Shown one piece after another: positions 48,650 to 61,039 of a DNA stretch of 64,000 bases; position 1 is the first letter of the stretch; every line of letters begins with the position of its first letter. This DNA is from Raja brachyura. Taxonomy: Eukaryota. The notes below the pieces were generated by a model. It had not been told where the DNA came from. It was given only the letters and a program-made list of their open reading frames with translations, and did not search any database. The stretch lies in assembly GCA_963514005.1 (NCBI GenBank), contig OY740784.1, positions 22,506,001-22,570,000 of the forward strand. Reading direction: 5' to 3'. The position numbers and the translations under genes are program-made.

Positions 48650-50292
48650 ACAGGAACAGTAAGTAAACGGAAATTAGGCCGGTGGGCAGGACTACGCCAG
48701 ACTAAAGCGTAGGGGACTATGACCCCCTCTTCCTATCATTTACTAGCCAGTGGAGGACTTAAGGTCAAGGCTGCTTTACCAAAGGGAGATGAGGGAATGC
48801 TCTGTGTTCTATTCCACAGAGACATGGCTCACTCCCAGCTCTCCAGACTTAGACGTCCATTCTGAAGGTTTCTCCATCCATCATATGGACCTACATGGCT
48901 ATCTGGGAAAGGGAGAGGAGGGGACCTCTGCCTCATGGTCAACTCTGCGTGGTGCTCAGACGTGGCAGTTCTGGCTTCAACAAAGCCAACCTGAAGAAAT
49001 CTTTCCCAAACTACCACCAACATGTCTCCTGCAGCACCAGAGGATTAAACACTCTTGACCACTGCTATACGACCATCAAGGATGCCTATCGCACTATTTC
49101 TCGCCCTCACTTCGGGAAATCCGACCATTCAGATTCTTCCCGCTTCTTCCTGCATACAGGCAGCAACTGAAGAGCGCACCCCCAGAGGTGAAGACTGTAC
49201 AGGGCTGGTCTTGGGAGGCAGAGGATCAACTACAGGACTGATTGAAGTCTGTGGACTGGGCAATGTTCAGGGACTCGGCAACGGACCTGAATTAATACGC
49301 CACAGTCGTTACAGACTTCATAAGGAAATGTGTGAAGCACTGCATTCCTACAAAAACCTTCGGAGTGTTTCCTAACCAGCAGCCTTGGATGAACCAGGAG
49401 ATCGTGTTAGAGAGGGACGACGCGCAGTCCACGGGCGCCCTGGGTGATTTCCGGGACCGCTGGGCACCGCGGGGGGTTGAATGCATCCTTGAATAGTGCA
49501 TAGTTGTATAATAGTTTATGGTTTGTCGTGTATTATGGTGGTGTGTTCTGTTTTTTACTGTACTGTGTATATTATTTTAATATTTGAATAAATATTCTGA
49601 TTTTTTTTTTTTAAAGTTGGTTACCAAGCTCATGGAACTGGGTCTCTGCCCATCCCTCTGCAATTGGATCCTCGACCTCCTCATCCACAGACAACAGTCT
49701 GTTCGAATTGGCAGAAACACTTCATCCTCAGTAATAATCAATACGGGAGCACCTCAAAGCTGCGTGCTCAGCCCCCTGTTCTATTCACTCTATACTCATG
49801 ACTGTGTAGCCGGACATAGCGTGAACTCCATCTTCAAGTTTGCCAACGACACCACCATTGTTGGACGAATTACAGATGGTGATGTCAGAGTATAGAAATA
49901 AGATCAACCGATTGACCAAATGGTGCAGACCAACAACCTGGCTCTCAATATCAGTAAGACCAATTAACTGATTATGGACTTTGGAAGTGGGCTGATGAGG
50001 ACCCACAACCCTGTTTATATCAACGGGATGATGGTGGAGAGTCAAAAACATCAAATACTTGGGCGTGCATAATTCTGTACTGAGCACACTGATGCAATTA
50101 TAAATAAAGCTCATCTTCACCTCTACTTCCTGAGAAGATTAAGGTGAGTCGGTATGTCAAAGAGGATTCTCTTGAACTTCTACAGTAGAGAGCATATTGA
50201 CTGGTTGCATCGTGGCCTGGTTCAGCAACTTGAACGTCCAGGAGCGGAAAAGACTGAAAATGTTGTGAACACTGCCCAGTCCATCACCGGCT
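48650..50292 (+). mobile_element. Internally deleted Rex1-like LINE
   Basis: [45 protein letters not shown]. Confidence 0.85.
49400..49612 (+). mobile_element. Probable Tx1/L1-clade LINE 3' end inserted in the Rex1 element
   Basis: GC-rich ...STGALGDFRDRWAPRGVECILE* followed by a T-rich UTR and AATAAA; FxxRW resembles Tx1 ORF2 C-termini. Confidence 0.5.
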
Positions 50293-51697
50293 TTTTTTTT
50301 TCTCTCTCTATCTCTATATAGCAAAGGATTCTAAATAATCATATCATTTAAAAAATTCCTATACAACCTGTAAATTTAATGATTCTCAAATGAGGTTTTA
50401 GGTTTAGTTTATTGTCACGTGTACCCAGGTACAGTGCTAAGCTTTTGTTGTGTGCTAACCAGTTAGTGGAAAGACAATACATGATTCCAATCGGGCCATT
50501 CACAGTGTGGATACTTGAGAAATGGGAATAACATGAATAATGTTTAGTGCAAGATAAACCCAGTAAAGTCTGATCAGATAGTCATCTAAGCAAAAACCTG
50601 GGTGTGGAGTGGTAGCAAATATTATCCAATAGTTCAGAAAATCTGTTTGTCCAGAACCAAAGCCCAATAGTGCCAGATTAACAGACTTTTACAGTACTTC
50701 CATGTACAAATTCCCTCACCCCATCACTTTCCAGATAGTGACCTCCCACATCCACTACAATCCACTTGCAAACAAATTTCCTCTCCTGCGATTTTGACTC
50801 CTGGGGACGAGACCTTCAAACAATCAGCGATAAAACAGGCGTTTTGGATTCAAATTCTGATCGGATTTGTGAAGGGGGTAAATCTCTACTGGAATATGTA
50901 AATTTTTTCCCATTAGCGCGTCATTTCTTCGAGTAGATGTGATCACACACAAACAAATAAATACACACACAGTTTTATAGTTATAAGGATGATAAACATT
51001 TGAATTAAAAATTGACAGATCATTTCATTTATTCAATTGCTACAAGCTCAAAAAATATTTAAAGATGGACAAAGAGAAAAGTTTTCAAACGTGCAAATAC
51101 TTGCTGTCTTCGTAAAGTATAATTTAACTGTACTTCTATATACAGATTCCCTCGTCCCACCACTACTGAGTCCCCTCTCACCTCCACATAGTTATTGTAA
51201 TGTGCAAACATCACATGACAATTTCACTGACTTTCAGTCCTAAGTGCAATGTGTGGTACAAAGCTGGACATTTGTGATAGAATAGATACAAAGGATAGTT
51301 ATCAAATCATCGGGGTGTTCATAGGAAGCTTCATTACCAGATAAAACACAATTTTGTATCTTTAAATGAATTTATAGATTCTACGCAAATTCATAATTGT
51401 ACTTTCCAAATATAATCTGATAACAATAAAACCTATTAATACAGTTCAGAAAATTAGAAGAGTTAGAACTTCAGATCAATATTTGATTCAAATCAATTCA
51501 TTCCATTAAGATAACAAAACAAATTAAATGGATACACAGCAATAGTCAAATAATTGATTACTAGTACTGTGGTGTAATTGTGTGCTCTTCTCCCAACAAG
51601 ATGGAGAAGTTACATACAATAATATTGGGATGCAATGTATTCTACAATTTAAATGTCCTCAGCACATTAACAGGAATAATTGATAATTAATGCATTT

Positions 51698-51713
51698 TCA
51701 CCACCTAGTGGCA
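51698..51713 (-). promoter_or_regulatory. CTCF-like motif
   Basis: Minus strand TGCCACTAGGTGGTGA matches the CCAC(C/T)AG(G/A)(T/G)GGC core in unique sequence. Confidence 0.4.
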
Positions 51714-53169
51714 AAATGCTTAAAACATTTGCAAACTTAACACAGCAGACTCAATATCCATATTTTACATCATGAATTAGCAAATCCACTGGCTGAGTCC
51801 ATTGTGGGAAAGTAATGTCAAATAGGTGCAAAAAAGGTTTGTCACAATTTAGCCGACTACCAGAGTTACGCCAAGCAATGGGTCTTCTTCCCATAACAAA
51901 TGTTCACAATATTGTATTAGTTAGTTCACCCGGGTCTTGTAATTACATTAAACAAACCATCTTTCAAACAGTGATCTATGTTCATTTTATTCATTGATAA
52001 TTTTCTCTGCAAAACATTCAAGAAGGCTACCTCATTTATCAATGTTACCATTGATTTTATGTCAAGATGATTTAGTTAAGTACAGTATATAGACTTTAGA
52101 GTAGAAGCAGATTGAGAATGCCAGATTCCCTATCTCAACATCTCAAAATAGCTTGAAACTCAGCTGACGATACACCACTTGCAGATAAAGATTGTTTTAA
52201 TTCACCATTAATTATGCACAATATCTAACTTCCACCTTCAACCAAAATCCTGAAGGTTCTTGATCAAAATATTATTGGATAATTAGAGAAATGCTTTTAT
52301 AAGGTTGTAGCAAAAAAGGTCAGTGCCGGTAGGAAACCAAAAATAGTCTTATGCACAAAATACCATGTTCATTCATATAATTGAATTTCTATAAAATACA
52401 CGTACCAATAACACTGCCGGAAGCAACATTTCTCAGGTTCATTTTCTTGCTCTTCCCACGAGATTGCTCAGCCATCTGATTGAAATAAATATGTATATGG
52501 AATGCTCATCTTCCCTGTCACTTCAAGATGTCGAAGAGAAAAGACAAAGTGGTCTTCCAGAGTAAGATAATAATAAAAACTGAATGTTAGAAACACTCAA
52601 GGTCAGTTTCAAAGGAATGGATTATGGATGGATAAGACAACGGGAACCTCTTTGATCTTTTATATAATATTTTGATCAAGAACCATCAGGCTTTTGAAAT
52701 TGATGTATTCAAGAGAGAGTTAGATATAGCTCTTAGGGCTAACGGAATCAAGGGATATGGGGAACGGAATACTGATTTTGGATGATCAGCCATGATCATA
52801 TTGAACGGCGGTGCTGTCCCGAATGGCCCTCTTCTGCACCTATTTTCTATGTTTCTCTCTGATAGGGTGTGAACCCACCGTCTCTACAACTTAAAACCAA
52901 CTTGATCCCTGTTTCCCTGTTCTGGCAAAGGATATATAACCTGAAACATTAACCGTTTGACTTTCCACAGATGTTTTCTGACCATTTAAGTATTTTATAG
53001 AAATATAAGATTATATGTCCGAATGGTGAGAAGGAAGCAAGGCAACCTTGATGTTGAAGAATGGGATAAAAGAATGAGAAGATTTGAGTAGTATTAGTTT
53101 GAGCAGATGTAAAAAAAACAGCAATGAGATGAAAATTGGTGTTCACTGTATATAATCCTCCAAACAGTA

Positions 53170-54470
53170 ATGATAACATACGACATACTCCATACAAGGA
53201 AATTAGAGGAACATGTAATAATTACACATTACTTGTGGGGATGTAAATCTATGCAAAAAATGGACAAACTAAAATTAGTTTGTGGGGAGGATGAATTAAT
53301 GGAATGTCAAAGGGAAAGTATCCTATCTCAGTATGTGAATCAAGGAGCAAACGGGTGTTTAGGGAGCCCTGGAGGAAAGTACTCATCTTCAATAGAACGT
53401 ATATGAAGAATGAAAGTGATTTCGTTCAATCTAAAATCAGGATATCACATGAATAAAGCAAACCAAGGCTACATGAGGCTCAATTTGTCCATGGTAGTTT
53501 GAAAACTACATTTAAAGGGTGTTAAGAGTACATAATGGCAAACTTTTAAATAATACATGGTTTACAAATTTTACAACTAATAGGGAAAAAATGAACAGAA
53601 GGGAATGTGGCGCAGGCATGACTAACTAGATTAGGCAATAGGTATGATTGAGCAAATTTAAAAACTGAGCTTATTATGTCCAAGACATTGACAAAGGACA
53701 AGTAAAACACAAAAGTGGGCTGGTAAGAAACATGAAAACAGTTTGTAAGAACGTCTACATATATAAGCAAGAAGGAAAAGATGAACTGACGTTATTATAA
53801 GTCCCTATAGAGAGACAGGACCAATTATACTGGTGAAACCAAGAAAGAGGAGAGGAATTAAATAATTATTGTGTTTCTTTTCACCAAAAACATAAAAAAC
53901 CTAATAGAAACAGCGGAGTAAATAAGAAAGTCAACACATTTATTCATGAAAGGTATTGGAGCAATTATTGGGACTGGAAGGCAATGAACACCTCATAACC
54001 TGAACCTTGAATTTCAAAAATACGTCAGCCACAAGGAAAGTGATCAAAATGCCACCATCTTCTTAAATTGTACATTCTCAAACTATTCCCTATAATTGGA
54101 AATTTGCAAAAGTTACCTCACTATTTGAGAAGAGATATAAACCAGCTTCCTTTCTACCATATTAGTTGGGGGGGGGGGGGATGGCCAGTGAGCACAGGAT
54201 TGGTCAACTTGTAGATGAGGGAAAAATCATGTTTGACTACACTGTGGAATTTTTGGGGGTTTGCATCTGGCAAAACAGACAAAAGCAAACAATTGATGTG
54301 CTTATCGGGACTGTCAGAAAATGTTTGGTAAAGTGACATAAAAAGAGTATTGAATGATGTTTGCATGTACATAATGTTGTTAGAGTAACATATTTATCAT
54401 GTCTGAGGGTTGGTTAAGACAGAAAACAGTAGGAATATTTTGCAGTTAGGAAGATGCAAGCAAAAGAGCA
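53170..54470 (+). mobile_element. Old degenerate CR1 ORF2 remnant
   Basis: Residual WKFAKVTSLFEK and GKSC-like motifs collinear with the younger copy at 42435-43437. Confidence 0.6.
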
Positions 54471-55199
54471 GCATGGGAAGAGACGCGCGCAAGCTGGTCA
54501 CATGAGATATGTCCCCCGCACCCTGACCTCCAGCAATGGTGCAGGGTTCACTTCCTCGACAGCCTGCCAGATTTTTGCCAGTTGGATATTTGGCCGCACT
54601 TTGGACATTTAACCAAGCAGCATACACTGTGGTTGCAACTTTACGACTAGGGTGAACATCAGTCTTTGTATTTTGAATGAACATGGCACTTTACAAGTAG
54701 ATACTAAGCAACTTCAATAGTATATGCAGGCCACAGAACCAAACAGTAATTTCTCCTGTTTGGTTGATCAGCAAATTAGAAAGCCATTTCCATCACAAGC
54801 TGGCAGTTCTGAACTTTAGTACAGTCCCTATTCAAAGATCAGAACTACACAACTGTTCTGTAATGGGAACAGAGGGACAGTTACTCCTCCACCATAACGT
54901 TCTGTTCTCAATCAGACGTCCCTATAGAATGAAGAGTAATTAGCATATTCCTTATGGTGCTCTTACACAATAATAACTGCAGAGGCTGGAGTGCATTTTG
55001 TTCCCTATTCTTGTAGCTACAAGATGGAGAATATTAAAGTTAGAGAAGAAACAAGTTCTCAGATGTCAAAGCACTTAATATTCAGCAGATTTAGGTGTAT
55101 GGTATTTGAAAAAAACATTTTTTAATCAAGTATATGCACAAAGCAAAAACAGAAACAAAGCAAAAACGGAAAACATTTGAATTGCTAGACACCAGAACT

Positions 55200-55482
55200 G
55201 TCTAGTTTAGTTTAGAGATACAGCACGGAAACAGGACCTTCAGCCCACCAAGTCCGCGTTGACGAGTGATCCCCGCACACTAACACAATCCTGCACACTC
55301 ATTCATACCAAGCCAATTAGCCTACAAACCTGTACGTCTTTGGAGTGTGGGAGGAAACAAAGAGGATCCCGAGGTACACAGGGAGAACGTACACACTCCG
55401 TGCAGACAAGCACCTGTAGTCGGGATCGAACCCAGATCTGGTGCTGTAAGGCAGCAGTTCTACCTCTGCGCCACCGTGTGCA
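55200..55482 (-). mobile_element. V-SINE (HE1-like) downstream of the TMEM70 stop
   Basis: Reverse complement shows GGTGGCGCAG A-box, GGTTCGATCC B-box, V-domain and (CTAAA)n tail. Confidence 0.85.
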
Positions 55483-55737
55483 ACTGTCCTAGGCATGGAT
55501 TCTGATGAAGCTCCACGAATCTACATTTATCAATGCTGCTGGACTTATCGCATATTTTGATATTTGAATTACACTTCAGATTTCAAAACATCTGCATTAT
55601 TTTTCTTTTAATTATATACAGCAAGTTTCCTACATTTAAATGTGTATAAAATTAAATGGACCATTTATCTACCTACAAATGATTGAAAAAACAAAATAAT
55701 TTTACTATATTTAACAAACTACATGTAGCCTCCTTGC

Positions 55738-56177
55738 TCAATCTCTTTCCTTTATATCATCCAAATTAAAGGAAAAAGGTTGATCATAACCCATAAGGTG
55801 ATTATAATCATTTGGATGCCAGAAAAATACTGGATTTACTAGCATTGACTTCTCATTGGCATAGAACGTGGTGAACATCCTGCTGACTCCAGGAACTTTC
55901 ACATCCTTCTGATGGAAAATAGTTTTCTTCTGTAGTAGGAAGACATTGTAAGTGACGGCTGTGTAACTGTCAGTTTCCGCGCTGTGATATAGACGAATCA
56001 CATAACCTTTAGTGAGGAAATGCAATACTGTAGGACTTAAAAAAGTAAAAAATCCAATTATGCCACAGAATGCTGCTTGTAAAACAGGGCTCTGAACTCC
56101 AAGGCCAGTCTGCAGAATGATATAAGGCATCATGCAACAACTAAAAATACTGGTGGAGTAAGAGAAGAACTTCACAC
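55738..56177 (-). CDS. TMEM70: TMEM70 exon 3 (mitochondrial ATP synthase assembly factor; two TM helices and C-terminus)
   Basis: [10 protein letters not shown]...[14 protein letters not shown]...FHQKDVKVP...FTTFYA..KSMLVNP..F...DYNHLMGYD matches vertebrate TMEM70; acceptor ttttgcag, phase 1. Confidence 0.97.
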
Positions 56178-56491
56178 CTGCAAAATGAAAGTTAGATATA
56201 TTTAATAAAATGGTTAATCAAGTTTACAATATTATAAGGCTAAGAATCATTTCTGCATAAATTTAATGAACATTTTTAGTACACTTTTAGTACATTTTTA
56301 GTCCATGTTTCACATGGATTGAATGTATAAATATTTGAAATTAATAAATGCTGGATAGATGTTGCAAACTTTGTAAAATATTAATTTAACATTAAAAATC
56401 TTCTCACAGTTACATATATTAAGTATTTCTCCCATTCCAATTCCATCAAGTTATTGTTAAACAATGATCAGAAAGTAATGCTCTCGCTTAC

Positions 56492-56594
56492 CAAATACTG
56501 CCTTAGCTAAGTTTCCGGCGTAAATCAATCGTTCTTCCCTGGTGTTTCCATCGGAACAAAAATAGCGAAAATGGTGACGGCATGGAAGGTTAAT
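56492..56594 (-). CDS. TMEM70: TMEM70 exon 2 (103 nt)
   Basis: INLPCRHHFRYFCSDGNTREERLIYAGNLAKAVF(G), compare human RLIYTGNMARAVFG; tgtgtag acceptor and gtaag donor; phase 0 to 1 joins exon 3 in frame. Confidence 0.95.
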
Positions 56595-56899
56595 CTACAC
56601 AAAGAAGTTTTTTTTTAAATTATAGTATCAAGAAAGGCAACTTGGATCAAAAGAAATGCAAAAATGTGCGGATGATCAAAGGAAAACCAGAAAATGCTAG
56701 AAATACTCAGTGGAACAGATGGAATTAATGGACAAAGAAACAGTTATGTTTTTTGGGCACTGACATTGTTCAATATTCATTCTAAAGAAATTTTATTAAC
56801 CCAAAAGTTTCTCTTTGCATAGATTCTGACTGAGCTTCCGGGTTTTTCAATTGTATTTCGGAACTTACAATTACTCCTTAACTTAAAGGAAAGTAGTCA

Positions 56900-57400
56900 G
56901 AAGGTGGAGAGGGTCCAGAGAAGGTTTACAAGAATGATCCCACTAATGAGTGGGTTAACATACGATGAATGTTTGACGGCACTGGACCTCTACTCGCTGG
57001 AGTTTAGAAGAATGAGGGGGGACCAAATTGAAACGTACCGAATAGTGAAAAGCTTGGATAGAGTGAATGTGGAGAGGATGTTTCCACTGGTGGGAGAGTC
57101 TAGGGCTAGAGGTCGTAGCCTCAGGATTAAAGGACGTTCCTTTAGGAAGGAGATTAGGAGGAATTTCTTTAGTCAGAGGATGGTGAATCTGTGGAATTCT
57201 CTGCCACAGAAGGTTGTGGAGACCTAGTCAATGCATATTTTTAAGGTGGTAATATATAGATTCTTAATTAGTATGGGTGTCAGTGGTTTATGGGGATAAG
57301 GCAGGAGATTGGGGTTAGGAGGGAGAGATAGATCAGCCATGACTGAATGGCGGAGTAGACTTCATTGGCTGTATGGCCTTATTCTGCTACTATCACCTTC
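56900..57400 (+). mobile_element. CR1 3' fragment in TMEM70 intron 1
   Basis: ERVQRRFTRMIP...LYSLEFRRMRGD...LWNSLPQ. Confidence 0.9.
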
Positions 57401-57627
57401 TGACCAGATACAAAAAACTTCCAAACTGCTTTTAGCTAAAGCTCTCATATGCTGGAGATTAAAATTCTAAAGCAAAATGATTCTTAGATATTCACAGGCT
57501 AAATGCAAGAAAAAAAAACCTTCCCTTTCCCTTAATATAGCTTAATTCTCAAATCAGAATCTATTTTCCCCACAGTGGGTGTTTAACAGGAGAGAACCTA
57601 GGCAGGTTTAGAAGGAATTTAGTTCAG

Positions 57628-58145
57628 AAGGACATTGTTGCCATAGAGGGAGTGCAGAGAAGGTTCACCAGACTGATTCCTGGGATGTCAGGACTGTCTT
57701 ATGAACATAGACTCGGTTTATACTCTCTAGAATTTAGGAGATTGAGAGGGGATCTTATAGAAACTTACAAAATTCTTAAGGGGTTGGACAGGCTAGATGC
57801 AGGAAGATTGTTCCCGATGTTGGGGAGGACCAGGACAAGGGGTCACAGCTTAAGGATAAGGGGGAAATCCTTTAGGACCGAGATGAGAAGGAATTTTTTC
57901 ACACAGAGAGTGGTGGGTCTCTGGAACTCTCTGCCACAGAGGGTAGTTGAGGCCAGTTCATTGGCTATATTTAAGAGGGAGTTAGATGTGGCCCTTGTGG
58001 CTAAGGGGATCAGTGGGTATGGAGAGAAGGCAGGTACGGGATACTGAGTTGGATGATCAGCCATGATCATATTGAATGGCGGTGCAGGCTCGAAGGGCCG
58101 AATGGCCTACTCCTGCACCTAATTTCTATGTTTATATGTTTCTAT
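57628..58145 (+). mobile_element. CR1/HER1 3' fragment in TMEM70 intron 1 (near-identical to 14635-15083)
   Basis: ORF 57652-58047 plus the conserved 3' UTR. Confidence 0.93.
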
Positions 58146-58759
58146 TTGAGGGGGGGGGGGGGAGGGGGGGAGGGGGGGAGGGGGAGGGGGGTTCCACAGA
58201 GTATGGATGGAATCTGGAATTTGTTGCTGGAGATGGTGGCGGAGTAAAGTACTCTCACAACATTTAAGAAACATCAGGACAAACACTTTCAATGCCAAAG
58301 CAAAGAACTCTTCAGTCCAAATGCAAGTATAGGTACAGTCGGTACTCCTGTTAGCACTGATTTATTGGGACAAAGCATTTCCATATCCATGACTGTTATT
58401 ATATATTATAAATGATGGAGCCAAACAACAATAACCCTACCCAGAGGCTAAGAGGTAGAAAATAATGGAATTTTGTGAACACTGTCACAACCCACATCAA
58501 GATGAACAAGGTGGAAGGTGATCAGTCACAATAGGATGCAAGACGGGGCACTGGAATTTTCGGCACACCCTTACAACTGCACTCCTCTGAACTACAACAA
58601 ACTTTCTTGGATGTCCTGATATGCAAAACTTTCAAAGATCGATAGTTGAAACAAACAAACTGCAGATGCTGGTTTACACAAAAGGGCACAGTAATGTGCT
58701 GGAGTAGCTCAATGGGTCAGGCAGCATCTCTGGTGCAGATGGTTAGGTACCTTTTCTGG

Positions 58760-59890
58760 TCATAGTCATACAGCATGGAAATAAGCCTTTCGGCCCAACT
58801 TGTCCACATTGGCAAACGTCGCAGCTACACTACTCCCACCTGCCTGCATTTGGGCCATATCCCTCTGAACCTGTCCGATCCACATACCTGTTTGTATTGT
58901 GAAAACAAGAAGCTAGTGCGACTTGTGTGAGGGAAGGGTAGAGAGAGAGAGGGAATGCAGGGGCTACCTGAAGTGAGCAAAATCAATATTCATACCACTG
59001 GGCTGCAAGTTGCCCAAGCAAAATATGAGATGCTGTTCCTCCAATTTGTGTTTAGCCTCACTCTGACAATGGAGGAGACCGAGGACAGAAAGGTCTGTGT
59101 AAGCGATTCCTACACAGACCTTTCTTGTCCTAGATCTCTCTCACTGCAGGTAGCCCTGGCATTACCTCTCTCTCCCCCACCCAAGTCGCACTAGTTTCTC
59201 GTTTTCACCCTACAAACAGCTAACAATGGCCTGTTTCCTTTATCATCATTATTTTTTGCATATCTTTTAGTCATTGGTCTTTATTTCTCCACATCATCGT
59301 CTATATCTCTCATTTTCCTTATCCCTATCAGTCTGAAGGACGGTCTCAACCCGAAACGTCACCCTTTCCTTCTCCAGAGATGCTGCCTGTCCTGCTGAGT
59401 TACTCCAGCTTTTTGTGTCTATCTTCGGTTTAAACCAGCATCTGCAGTCCCTTTCTACACTATCCATGTACCTATTTTTTCTCAAACGTTGTGATAGTCC
59501 CTGACTCAATTACCTCCTCTGGTGGTTCGTTCCATGCACCCACCACCCCTTTTTAAAAAAAGTCACCCCTCAGATTCCTATTACATCTTTTCCCCTTCAC
59601 CTGAAACCTCAGTCATCTGGTCCTCGATTCCCCCACTCTGGGCAAGAGACTCTGTGCGTATATCAGATTTATTCCTATCATGACTTTATACACCTCCATA
59701 AGATCACCCCTCATCCTCCTGCGCTCCAAGGAATAGAGTCCCAGCCTGCTCAACCTCCCCCTATAACTCAAACCCTCCAGCCATGGCAACATCCTTGTAA
59801 ATCTTCTCTGTACCCGTTCCAGCTTGACAACATCTTTCCTATATCTCGGTGCCCAAAACTAATACTCTCAATGCGGCCTCACCAATGCCA
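58760..59890 (-). mobile_element. CR1 fragment split by an inverted Penelope-type insertion (about 58890-59460)
   Basis: CR1 pieces at 58760-58890 and 59460-59890; the insertion has GIY-YIG tail remnants and a degenerate hammerhead core at 59333-59360. Confidence 0.7.
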
Positions 59891-60099
59891 AAAAACTCAG
59901 TCAAAGTTTAAAGTTTGGAGGTCATGTTGCAGTTTTATACAACATGACTTCCAAACTTTAAACTCTGACTGACGAAGGACCATGTATGTTATGTGCCAAA
60001 TGCCTTTTTTGACCCTATCTACCTGCGGCTCCACCTTGGAGGAAGGTCAGGACCCTTTTTTCATGTGTCTAGCATTGGTTCTCCAGCTGTTGGGTGAGG

Positions 60100-60500
60100 T
60101 AGGGGGGCGAGGCCAACCCCGGTCCCCTCTCCTCTCCTGCCCACACCAGCCCCCTCTCTTACCTGTGCTGCAAACCCGCTGCCGACCAGCCGGCGACCCC
60201 CCGTGTCCTGGGACCGCCCGCGGCCCGGGAGCCCGTGGACAGAGCGGTGCTTGCAGCTGCTGACAACACAGAAAGCTCTGGCAGCTCGAAGCACAGAAGC
60301 CGCTGCCGCTTTCCTGGTAAAAACCGAGCGAAAGCACAACATCGAACCCATCAGCGCCATTTCTGATCAACTGCGCCTGCAAACAGGCGGGTGCATCATT
60401 GGCTGCTGATAATCTCCAACTACAGCGTCGCTTGCAGCAACAGCTCCGCCCCGTTGATCCATGCCGGCCGGACGGCCGGCTCAGTGAACAGAGCGATGGA
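60100..60500 (-). promoter_or_regulatory. CpG-rich TMEM70 promoter / exon 1 region
   Basis: Local CpG enrichment, CCAAT on the minus strand near 60398-60402, GGCGGG near 60386-60391. Confidence 0.55.
60163..60360 (-). CDS. TMEM70: TMEM70 exon 1 (mitochondrial targeting peptide, 66 codons)
   Basis: ATG at 60360 in a GC/CpG-rich island; Arg/Ser/Ala-rich, acid-poor MALMGSMLCFRSVFTRKAAAASVLRAARAF...; CAG|gtaag donor, phase 0, matching exon 2. Confidence 0.82.
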
Positions 60501-61039
60501 GACACAAGAGACTGCAGCTGCTGGAGGAATCCGAGGACACCTCGAGATGAACAAGGTGGTCACAGTCACAAAACGATGCAAGACCGGGCACTGGAATTTT
60601 CAGCACACTTACAGCTGCAGGACTACTTTGAACTACACTAATCTAACTTTCTCGGATGTCCTGATTATGCAAAATCTCCAACGATGCGGGCCATGCAGCA
60701 TCTGTGGGACGAATGGATAGACAAATTTTAGAGTTTTGAAGTGTCTGAGGAAGGAACCCCAATGAAAACGTCGTCTACTAATTTTTCTCAACCAATGCTG
60801 CCTGGTCCGCGTTACTTCCATTCAATTTCTGTGGGTTGTGCGTGAATGATGAGGCCAATGTGGGATCTATGGATATTGCCCACGGTGGGTCAGGAGGTTC
60901 ATGGCAAGGTGAGCCCCTTTCCACCATTTATAATGGGCTTATGTGTGCTGCCAACACATAAACTCACATTTCTCCACTTTAGTGCTGAGGTATTCTCATG
61001 AACAGTAGGAACAGTGTATGTTTTCAGAGATGTTAATAA

